Shown: positions 30,064 to 38,025 of the stretch, one piece after another
How positions within the stretch are numbered: position 1 is the first letter of the stretch
How the letters are laid out: each line of letters begins with the position of its first letter
From: Candidatus Fermentibacteraceae bacterium
GTDB taxonomy: Bacteria; Fermentibacterota; Fermentibacteria; Fermentibacterales; JCC-6
Assembly: GCA_041750285.1 (NCBI GenBank)
Contig: JBGSZS010000003.1
Span: 1-40,475, forward strand
Length of the DNA stretch: 40,475 bases
Reading direction: 5' to 3'
The notes under the pieces: model-generated
What the model saw: only the letters and a program-made list of their open reading frames with translations
What the model was told of the DNA's origin: nothing
The model's database searches: none
Translations under genes and position numbers: made by a program

Positions 30064-30563
30064 TGAGAATTGTCGTTGATACCAGTGTACCGGTGTCAGG
30101 GTTGTTGACCCCGTTCGGCATGTGTGCCGATCTGGTAAGGCTTTTTGCATCCGATGAGGTAACCCTCTGCGTCGATTCCCGTATCCTGCTTGAGTATGAG
30201 GAAGTGCTGGGAAGAGAACGCTTCCGTCCTGATCGAAGATTTGTGACGATTCTGATGGATTACATCAGAAAAACGACGGAGTTTCACTCATGCAAACCAC
30301 TGAGCGAAGCACTCCCCGATTCGGATGACTGCTGCTTCCTTGAAGTGGCCATTGCCGCCCATGCCGATTGCCTGATCACAGGAAACACGAGACATTTTCC
30401 GCCCGGTCTCCGATACGGAGTCAGGGTGCAAACCCCGTCAGAGTTCCATGCAATGCTGAAAAGCGTTGATTCTTGCTTTAGGGAACAGCTCAAGATTGAG
30501 ATCTTCGTTCAGGGCAGGGGTGCCCTCCTTAGCGGTGATGAGCCCAAATCGTTCGACTTATGA
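30060..30563 (+). CDS. PIN-domain toxin (VapC-like)
   Basis: IVVDTS, EYEEVL, DSDD..FLEVA, LITGN.RHF. Confidence 0.85.
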   Translation: MMRIVVDTSVPVSGLLTPFGMCADLVRLFASDEVTLCVDSRILLEYEEVLGRERFRPDRRFVTILMDYIRKTTEFHSCKPLSEALPDSDDCCFLEVAIAAHADCLITGNTRHFPPGLRYGVRVQTPSEFHAMLKSVDSCFREQLKIEIFVQGRGALLSGDEPKSFDL

Positions 30564-30623
30564 TGGGACACTAGTGTATATTTGTAAATGAAAAATGGAA
30601 TTGAAGAATGAAAGGAAATTTAA

Positions 30624-31739
30624 ATGAAGTATCTGGCGACAATTATTCTGTTCCTTTCCCTTTCAGGATGCGGCGACCATGAACCGCCGCAAAGACAGTC
30701 AGAGCCGGATATTGATTCACTGGCCCTGACCGTAACCGATACCATCGGTGTTCTTCTCGGCGATTCCCTGAGAGAGTTTGGAAGCCTTGCCGATGTTGAG
30801 TTCGACCATTTCGGGAACATTCTTGTCCTGGATGCAATGAAGGGCCGGATCACAGTGTTCGGTCCCTCCCTGGAATTCGCCGGATTCATAGGCAGACATG
30901 GTTCCGGCCCCGGGGAGTACCAGTATCCCAATTCTTTTGGACAAACGGCAGACGGGCGGATCCTCGTTTCTGATTTCTCGGGTTCCTCCCTGACCATACT
31001 GGATCAGGATCATAACTTCATTGACCGGTTGGATGGCTTTCCACTTGTGCCCCCCATGTACCCTGTCGCCGGACCCGATGGTTCATACTATGCCGGAAAC
31101 ATGTCGATGGACATGTCCATTGAAGGGGGTATGCCCACGGGAAACAGCTTCATAGGACTTTACTCAGGCGGAACGGAACCGGATTATGTGCCCGTTTCAT
31201 TTCCACTGATGATCAACATCGGTGATGACGGCAGTGTGAATGTGAACAATGTCGATGTGGTATGGGATTCGGACAGTCGGGGCAATCTTTTCTGGGCTGT
31301 TTCCGATGACAGCAGTTACGCCTTCCATGGAATGACTTCCGATGGAGAAGAATTCCTTTCCTTTGAAAAGGAATGGGAAAGGGTTTCCAAAACCGATGAG
31401 GAACTGGAGGAGGAAAGGTACACCGAGGGTCTCTCCAGAACCAATGAGGGTGAATCAACCGTTAACAGGGGCGAGATCGCCGATGTATACCCTTATCACA
31501 ATGCCATTGCTGGGCTGTACATGGATGATGAAGACCGTATATGGATCGAACTGGGATACACCCTGGTTCCCTCATTCGATGTTTTTTCAACTTCAGGAGT
31601 GCTTCTAAGCCATGTGACCATCCCCTCGCTGGAAGGGGTGAAGCAGCTGCGATACTGCTTCAAAGGCGGTATGCTGGCCTTTGACTACGGTCCACCCGAT
31701 TATCCCAAGATATATCTGTTAAGCTCCGGACAGGATTGA
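30624..31739 (+). CDS. 6-bladed beta-propeller (NHL-like) lipoprotein
   Basis: Lipobox LSGC; GNILVLD, IGRHGSGPGEYQYP, DGRILVSD, DEDRIWI, FDVFSTSG. Confidence 0.78.
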   Translation: MKYLATIILFLSLSGCGDHEPPQRQSEPDIDSLALTVTDTIGVLLGDSLREFGSLADVEFDHFGNILVLDAMKGRITVFGPSLEFAGFIGRHGSGPGEYQYPNSFGQTADGRILVSDFSGSSLTILDQDHNFIDRLDGFPLVPPMYPVAGPDGSYYAGNMSMDMSIEGGMPTGNSFIGLYSGGTEPDYVPVSFPLMINIGDDGSVNVNNVDVVWDSDSRGNLFWAVSDDSSYAFHGMTSDGEEFLSFEKEWERVSKTDEELEEERYTEGLSRTNEGESTVNRGEIADVYPYHNAIAGLYMDDEDRIWIELGYTLVPSFDVFSTSGVLLSHVTIPSLEGVKQLRYCFKGGMLAFDYGPPDYPKIYLLSSGQD

Positions 31740-31832
31740 TGGACTAGTCCGAATGGTCGCCCTTTCCCCGTGTTCCAGCCAGGATATTTCCAATATGGGC
31801 AGAAGAAACACCGGAACCCGTAGGCTTCCCCA

Positions 31833-32695
31833 TTAGGTAGACACTTCATAGAGGGACACTTCCCGGGCTATCATTTCACGATACATCGTTGGCGGCGAGC
31901 CTTTTAGAGAGTCATGAGGGCGTTGCTCGTTGTACTCATTGATCCACCCCTCCGTGATCTCCCGAACATCATCCAGGCTCTCGAACAGGTATGCGTCAAG
32001 AACCTCGTCCCTGTAGGTCTTGTTGAATCTCTCGATGAAGGCGTTCTGATTCGGCTTGCCGGGCTCGATGTGCCTCAGCTCCACCCCGTTCTCCTCGCAC
32101 CAGTCAACGAACACCTGGCTCAGAAGCTCGGGACCGTTGTCGCAACGAATCGTCTGCGGAAGACCACGCCAGTACGTCAAACGTTCCAATACCGCACGAT
32201 CCGTTCTCCCGGAAGAGACGTGTCAATCTCGATGTCCAATATCTCCCTTACCCCCTCATCAAGCACGTTCAGCGTTCTGAACCGCCGTCCTATGTAAAGA
32301 GCATCGTGCATAAAGTCCAGTGACCAGATCACGTTGGGCTCTGCCGGCGCTTCCATGGGCAACGGATCCCTGGTGGGTATCCTCTTCTTCGTCTTCCGTC
32401 TCATGTTCAGGCCGAGTTCCCGGTACACCCGGTGAACCCGCTTGTGATTCCACTGACGGCCGTCGAGACGAAGCCGGCCGTAGTACTTCCAGAAGCCCCA
32501 GCGGTTATAAAGCACAACCAACTCCTGCAGAGCCTCGATAAGCTCCCTGTCGTACTCCAGCCAGTCCCGGACAGGCTTGTACCATGCCGATCTCGACAGG
32601 CCAACAAGCTCGCATGAGGTTCTCACCGCCATCCCCTGTTCCGCCACCAGGAACGCCGCTGCTTCCCGGCGTTCCGGTGGCGTCAGAGCTTTTTT
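31833..32695 (-). pseudogene. IS3 transposase OrfB (DDE integrase), split by a 1-bp deletion near 32192
   Basis: WNHKRVHRVY, WSLDF, DNGPE, PGKPNQNAFIERFN in two frames; GERIVR|LERLT join needs one extra G. Confidence 0.88.
32643..32695 (-). promoter_or_regulatory. Programmed -1 frameshift signal of the IS3 element
   Basis: A AAA AAG (32695-32689), then after 7 nt the hairpin GCCACCGGAACGCCG...CGGCGTTCCTGGTGGC. Confidence 0.85.
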
Positions 32696-32949
32696 GAGAT
32701 AAGCTCCTTCAACGCGTGATTCTCGAGGCTCAACTCCGAGTACATCCGCTTCAATCGGGTGTTCTCAGTCTCGAGCTCCTTCATCCGCTTAAGCTCCGGG
32801 ACGCCCATCCCGCTGTACTTCTTCTTCCAGTTGTAGAATGTGTTGCCGCTGATGCCGTACTTGCGACAAACCTCGGTGACGGCGACTCCGGCATCGGCTT
32901 CCCGCAGGATCGCCACGATCTGCGTTTCCGTGAACCTGGATTGTTTCAT
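32683..32949 (-). CDS. IS3 transposase OrfA
   Basis: MKQSRFTETQIVAIL...CRKYGIS..TFYNWKKKY...LETEN.RLK. Confidence 0.95.
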   Translation of the reverse strand: MKQSRFTETQIVAILREADAGVAVTEVCRKYGISGNTFYNWKKKYSGMGVPELKRMKELETENTRLKRMYSELSLENHALKELISKKL

Positions 32950-33085
32950 CTCGACCTCCTGGGTTGGCAGGAAGTCTCACTCTAACAAATGTCCCCTAAA
33001 CGGGGAAGCCAACGAGAAGGCGGCTGTAGTGCGCATTTGAAATCGGCGAATCCGGGTCTCGTTATAGGTACGGACAAGGTGTCCA

Positions 33086-33114
33086 TTGACGTATCTCCTG
33101 TCCATCAGTATTTA
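33086..33114 (+). promoter_or_regulatory. Possible sigma70 promoter of the repeat-protein gene
   Basis: TTGACG, 17 bp, TATTTA, ~50 bp before ATG 33167. Confidence 0.35.
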
Positions 33115-33166
33115 CTTTTTGTAATGGTTGAGCCTGACAAGGTGAATAACCCTGGAAGGGGTGCAC

Positions 33167-35701
33167 ATGAAGACTTTGCTTGCATTGGGTCTTCTTGTTG
33201 GCAGCTCGCTTGCGCTGGCTGAAACCAATCCCTCACTGGCAACAGTGCTGACCCCCGAAGGAGCGATCACGGAGGGGGTATCGGGCAGTTTCGATCCCAC
33301 GGGGTTACGAATGAGTTACGCTCCTGGGGGAGAACCTGTGTTCATTCCCGATGACCCGCTCATGGATGAACCGATTGCTTCCTTCGATGAGCATAGTGCG
33401 GAAGGTTACTGGGAAAACCCTTTTGGTGTGCAGCCGGGTCTGAACGGGGTTGTTCACGCCATCGCCGTAAGTGGCACGGATGTGTATGTGGGCGGCGAGT
33501 TCACAGAGGCCGGAGGGGTTCCCGCGAATCGCATCGCCCGATGGGACGGCAGTTCTTGGTCGGCCCTGGGCAGTGGTGTGGACAGCACTGTCTATGCAGT
33601 AGCTGTAACCTCCTCAGGTGTGTATGTGGGAGGCGATTTCACCCAGGCCGGGGGAGTTTCCGCTGAGTATATCGCCCGTTGGAATGGCAGCTCCTGGTCG
33701 GCTTTGGGAAGTGGGGTGAACTACAAGGTCCGTGCAGTCGCCGTGAACGGCACGGATGTGTATGTGGGCGGCGAGTTCACAGAGGCCGGAGGGGTTCCCG
33801 CGAATCGCATCGCCCGATGGGACGGCAGTTCATGGACTGCTCTGGGAAGTGGTTTGAACAATGCTGTTCTCGCTATAGCTTTGAGCGGTTCGAATGTGTA
33901 CGTGGGCGGTACGTTCAACCAGGCCGGAGGAAACTCAGCCAACCGTATCGCTCGCTGGGACGGTAATGCATGGTCATCTCTCGGGAGTGGTGTGACCGGT
34001 TATGTCCGTGCCATTGCCGTTGATGGTTCGGGTGTTTATGTGGGAGGCAGTTTCACGCAAGCCGGAGGAAACCCCGCCAGCCGCATCGCCCGATGGTACG
34101 GCGGCACCTGGTCGGCTCTGGGAAGCGGGGTGGACGACACTGTGTTTGCCATTGCCGTAAACCCCTCCGGTGTGTATGCGGGTGGCGATTTTGCCCATGC
34201 CGGGGGTAGTTCAGCCAGCTGTATCGCCCGATGGGACGGCAGTGCCTGGTCAGCAATGGGAGAAGGTGTTTATGGCGCATATTATTATGCACCATCGGTT
34301 CATGCAATTGCAGTGAGCGGTGCGTATGCACACGTGGGGGGTACTTTCACCAAGGCCGGAGGAGTTACCGCCAATTACGTCGCCAGGTTTGACGGCGATT
34401 CCTGGTCAACCTTGGGGAGTGGTCTGAACGGTCCTGTACAAGCCATCGCAGTGAACGGCTCGGATGTTTATGTGGGCGGTGAATTCACCCATGCCGGATT
34501 ACTTGCCGTTAACCGGATCGCCCGTTGGGATGGCGTCACTTGGTCGGCCCTGGGGAGTGGTGTGGACGGCACGGTTAATGCCATCGCAGTGAGCGGTTCG
34601 GATATCTATGTGGGTGGTGAATTCACCTATGCCGGGGAGATTCCCGTCAACCGCATCGCCCGTTGGGACGGCAGCTCCTGGTCGATCCTGGGAAGTGGTG
34701 TGAGCGGTACGGTCTATGCCATCGAAGTGAACGGCCCGGATGTGTATGTAGGCGGTAATTTCACTCAGGCCGGGGGGAATCCCGCGAAATACATCGCCCG
34801 TTGGGACGGCAGTTCCTGGTCGGCTTTGGGGAATGGAATGAACGCCTATGTTTACGACATTGCCTCAAACAGTTCCTGGGTGTATGCGGGTGGCAGTTTT
34901 ACTATTGCCGGGTGGACAAACGCCAATCGCATTGCCAGGTGGAACGGCAGTGACTGGTATTCCCTTGGAAGCGGAGTTGGCACGGGATACCCTTATGCCC
35001 ATGCTTCCCACGCCATCGCGATGAATGGATCGACTGTCTATGTGGGGGGCTTTTTCCAGACAGCCGGGGGCAATCCCGCCAACAACATCGCAAGCTGGTA
35101 TGCCTCCTGGTCGGCCCTGGGAAGTGGTGTGAACAGCAGTGTCAAAGCCATTGCGTTGAATGGCTCGGATGTGTACGTGGGAGGTCACTTCACGCAGGCC
35201 GGAGGGAACCCCGCCAGCTACATTGCCCGTTGGGACGGCAGTTCCTGGCACCCGCTGGGGATTGGTGTTAGCGGCGGAAGTAGTATCAGGGAGGTCAGAG
35301 CCATTGCGGTGAGCGATTCGAATGTGTATGTGGGCGGGTCTTTTACCCAGGCAGGAGGACTTCCTGCCTCCAATATTGCTTGCTGGGTTGAGCAGGGAAC
35401 AGCGATCGACCCAACCGAAGATGAAGAAACACCAGGCATTCTTGCTATTCCCAATCCCATAGCAACAGGCGCGAACCTGTCGTTCCAAAGCAGCGGCCTT
35501 TCTCCCCTGACCCTGAGTGTCTACGACACCGCGGGAAGACTCGTCAGAAGGCAGGATCTGGGAACCCTGCCGGCCGGTTCCCATTCCCATTACTGGGACG
35601 GGCGTGAGGAAAGAGGTTCGCTCCTGGCCTCCGGTGTGTATTTCATTCGAATCACCAGCACTGAACTCGAAGCTTCCACTCGGGTGGTGCTGATCAGGTA
35701 G
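33167..35701 (+). CDS. Secreted 14-repeat beta-propeller protein with FlgD/T9SS-like CTD
   Basis: Signal peptide; 14 repeats of ~46 aa (VxAIAVxGxxVYVGGxFTxAGGxxANxIARWDGxxWxxLGSG); PNP...YDTAGRLVR...WDG...SGVYF. Confidence 0.88.
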   Translation: MKTLLALGLLVGSSLALAETNPSLATVLTPEGAITEGVSGSFDPTGLRMSYAPGGEPVFIPDDPLMDEPIASFDEHSAEGYWENPFGVQPGLNGVVHAIAVSGTDVYVGGEFTEAGGVPANRIARWDGSSWSALGSGVDSTVYAVAVTSSGVYVGGDFTQAGGVSAEYIARWNGSSWSALGSGVNYKVRAVAVNGTDVYVGGEFTEAGGVPANRIARWDGSSWTALGSGLNNAVLAIALSGSNVYVGGTFNQAGGNSANRIARWDGNAWSSLGSGVTGYVRAIAVDGSGVYVGGSFTQAGGNPASRIARWYGGTWSALGSGVDDTVFAIAVNPSGVYAGGDFAHAGGSSASCIARWDGSAWSAMGEGVYGAYYYAPSVHAIAVSGAYAHVGGTFTKAGGVTANYVARFDGDSWSTLGSGLNGPVQAIAVNGSDVYVGGEFTHAGLLAVNRIARWDGVTWSALGSGVDGTVNAIAVSGSDIYVGGEFTYAGEIPVNRIARWDGSSWSILGSGVSGTVYAIEVNGPDVYVGGNFTQAGGNPAKYIARWDGSSWSALGNGMNAYVYDIASNSSWVYAGGSFTIAGWTNANRIARWNGSDWYSLGSGVGTGYPYAHASHAIAMNGSTVYVGGFFQTAGGNPANNIASWYASWSALGSGVNSSVKAIALNGSDVYVGGHFTQAGGNPASYIARWDGSSWHPLGIGVSGGSSIREVRAIAVSDSNVYVGGSFTQAGGLPASNIACWVEQGTAIDPTEDEETPGILAIPNPIATGANLSFQSSGLSPLTLSVYDTAGRLVRRQDLGTLPAGSHSHYWDGREERGSLLASGVYFIRITSTELEASTRVVLIR
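33437..35388 (+). repeat. Intragenic tandem ~138-bp repeats (14 units)
   Basis: Visible at DNA level; 33473-33555 is identical to 33749-33831. Confidence 0.9.
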
Positions 35702-35719
35702 AAGGATCCATGGACGAAG

Positions 35720-35752
35720 GAAGGGGAGTTGAAAGGCTCCCCTTCTCTGTTT
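35720..35752 (+). terminator. Intrinsic terminator
   Basis: GAAGGGGAGTT-GAAA-GGCTCCCCTTC followed by TCTGTTT, just after the stop at 35701. Confidence 0.7.
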
Positions 35753-35786
35753 CACGTTCGATTGGTGTATTTGGTACACCAACCGT

Positions 35787-36131
35787 GTGGCCCAACGCAC
35801 CATTCTATGGTACACAAAAGAGCATGATTCGCCAATAATACGGCGTAAGCCAAAGAAGACCTTCAGGAATCCCATCATCCAAGCCCGGGAAATCGCCCTT
35901 GAGATTCAGTTGAAAGAACTCACCCAGGGGCAGATGGCAAGGAAACTCGGCTGCTCCCTGTCCCGGGTCAGCCAGATGCTTCACCTGCTGAAACTCCCCG
36001 AAGAAAAGCAGAGGGAAATCGAAGCACTGGGGGACCACTGGGACCGGCGGGTGGTGACGGAGCGGGGGTTGAGGAACCACACAAGTGTCGCATCCAAACC
36101 GGCAAGTCTGTCGCATCAAATCCGGGGTTGA
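35787..36131 (+). CDS. Small HTH protein (ParB-HTH-like), copy 1; may be a relic
   Basis: TQGQMARKLGCSLSRVSQMLHLLKLP helix-turn-helix; paralog of 37359-37802; no clear RBS. Confidence 0.65.
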   Translation: MAQRTILWYTKEHDSPIIRRKPKKTFRNPIIQAREIALEIQLKELTQGQMARKLGCSLSRVSQMLHLLKLPEEKQREIEALGDHWDRRVVTERGLRNHTSVASKPASLSHQIRG

Positions 36132-36217
36132 CAGTGAAGCCCTTCGCTTGCGTTCGAGTGTCAGTAGTGGCATACTTAATTGATGTCACACTATACATTA
36201 GGAGGTATGATAATGAG

Positions 36218-37204
36218 ATGTTCAGTTTTCTCCTAGGCCTTTTTGTGTGCACTGCGTTCTGCCAGGGTATCGAATGGAGCTTTCCAGCACCCAGCGATCA
36301 CATAACCGGTCTGGCGTGCGATTACGTAACGGTCTACGCTCTTGATTCTCTTGATTGCATGGTCTACGCCCTTCATTACTCAACCGGAGCGCTTCAGGAT
36401 GCGGTTCAACTGCCGTCGATGGAGGGTAAGGCTGTCGGGCTTGCGCTCCTGGGGGACACCCTTTACTTCGCCGAGAGTGGTACGGCCATTGTGCATGCCA
36501 TGACAACAGGCGGCGAGCCGGCGGGAACGTGGGACTTCGCCGGTTCGGGAATTTCGAGCAAAACCGGACTGGATGCGCTCGATTACGGAGATCCACGACT
36601 TTACTTAATCGACTCGGCGACCAGGATCATCTACAGCATCGACCTGCCACTGATTACGAACGTGCCGGTCGAGCGTCTCGCTCTTCTGAACTGCCCCGAA
36701 GTACGCGACATCTCCGCGCCAAGCTACGGAGACTGTTACTATCCGGGGGCCTGCAACGATCCGGTATCGCCGGTAAGGATGTACTCTGGACCCGATGAAT
36801 ACGAGGTTCTCGGCTATGGCAGTTATGCAGGCGCAGTTGGGGTTGCGGCTGCGAGCGAGCACAACCGCTTCTACTTCAGCGATCCCGTTCTGGGAGCCAT
36901 CCATCGCTACTGCATGGATATGGGCGCGATCGGGGAGGGCACGGTTATCCCGCTTGACCATAAGCTCATTATCAGTCCCAACCCCTCCACGGGTGCTGTG
37001 GATGTCATGTTCACGCTCGCGGGAGGAGAACGTGTAACGGTCGAGGTGTTCGACACGGCGGGAAGAGCTGTTTTCACTGAAGACAAAGAGTTCGAAGCCG
37101 GTGGTTGCACTGTGGTCGTTGATGGGTTGCCATCCGGCGCTTACCATCTCCGTCTCTCGGGAGGCGGATGGTCGCAGACTGCGGACTTCGCAGTCTTGCG
37201 TTGA
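36218..37204 (+). CDS. Secreted hypothetical protein (beta-propeller-like) with T9SS-like CTD
   Basis: GGAGG at 36201; hydrophobic signal; SFPAP..ITGLA, GLALLGDTLY; PNPS...FDTAGR...LPSGAY. Confidence 0.8.
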   Translation: MFSFLLGLFVCTAFCQGIEWSFPAPSDHITGLACDYVTVYALDSLDCMVYALHYSTGALQDAVQLPSMEGKAVGLALLGDTLYFAESGTAIVHAMTTGGEPAGTWDFAGSGISSKTGLDALDYGDPRLYLIDSATRIIYSIDLPLITNVPVERLALLNCPEVRDISAPSYGDCYYPGACNDPVSPVRMYSGPDEYEVLGYGSYAGAVGVAAASEHNRFYFSDPVLGAIHRYCMDMGAIGEGTVIPLDHKLIISPNPSTGAVDVMFTLAGGERVTVEVFDTAGRAVFTEDKEFEAGGCTVVVDGLPSGAYHLRLSGGGWSQTADFAVLR

Positions 37205-37358
37205 CAGGGCGGTTTCTAAGCGGAGGATTGTTTACCTTGCTCCCGAAAGGATGACTCTGTAAGGTTTGAGTCATCCAGCCGGAATGAAGCACCTATAAGC
37301 CAAGAATAATTCTGATGAGAATGCTTGGAATGGCGCAAAATTTGACTGCGCGTCATTA

Positions 37359-37802
37359 ATGATGATAGACAATCACTTGGAATTTCTCAAGAGCACAAAA
37401 GGAACCGAAAGTTCGCTGGGAGACACGCTCGAAAAATGCTGGCGCCTCAGTTCTGTATCAGGGCGAACCCAATTGAGCAAGTTTTACCCTTTCGTATACA
37501 CGGCTCCTTCATCCCGAGTGATTCACAGAAAAACACGTCTCCATCGCAATCCCATGGTTCTCGCCCTCGAACTCGCTGATGAACTGAAGCGAGACGGCAT
37601 CTCCAAAGCTGAACTGTCCAGAAGGCATGGGATGTCCCGGGCCAGGGTTACTCAATGGTTGTCCCTGTTGGACCGACCAAGGCTTGAGATCGAAAGGGTT
37701 CTGGCGATAGGGGACTACTGGGAGAGGAGGCTGGTGACCGAGAGGGGGCTGAGGGACAACGAAAGTGTCGCATCGAAACCGGCGTTTGTGTTGTATGTAT
37801 AA
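37359..37802 (+). CDS. Small HTH protein (ParB-HTH-like), copy 2; start uncertain
   Basis: SKAELSRRHGMSRARVTQWLSLL; 37/80 identical to copy 1 over a gap-free core (manual count). Confidence 0.65.
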   Translation: MMIDNHLEFLKSTKGTESSLGDTLEKCWRLSSVSGRTQLSKFYPFVYTAPSSRVIHRKTRLHRNPMVLALELADELKRDGISKAELSRRHGMSRARVTQWLSLLDRPRLEIERVLAIGDYWERRLVTERGLRDNESVASKPAFVLYV

Positions 37803-38025
37803 CCAGCGATGACACCCGGAAGAGCTGTATCGTTCCCTGAAAATCTACGCGGCGGAGCAGAACAGGACAATGACTGAAGTCATCGAGCGTCGATCCAGGC
37901 ATCCTTACAGTCAGCGGATCCCGGTCAGCTGTTTGAATGTGGTTTTGAATAGCGGATTCGTTGAGTCCTCGAGAAGATGACGTTCACGGTGGTTGAACCA
38001 AAGACATAGAGCACCCCATGTAAAC

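Larger units (their letters stand above)
31819..33014 (-). mobile_element. IS3-family insertion sequence (IS407-like), transposase B frameshifted
   Basis: Imperfect terminal IRs CGTAGGCTTCCCCATTAGGTAGACAC / CGTTGGCTTCCCCGTTTAGGGGACAT enclosing orfA and orfB; no target duplication seen. Confidence 0.92.

Noticed and set aside
33437..35388. Diversity-generating retroelement target (many variable codons look AAY-derived) or CRISPR-like array
   Set aside because: Variable codons include AAG, GGG, ACG, CAA and AAA; no template repeat or reverse transcriptase in the window; the repeats are in-frame coding units with no spacers
37440..37470. tRNA 3' fragment (TGGCG...CGAACC) as integration scar
   Set aside because: Spacing and T-stem do not fit a tRNA; kept only as part of the module-boundary finding
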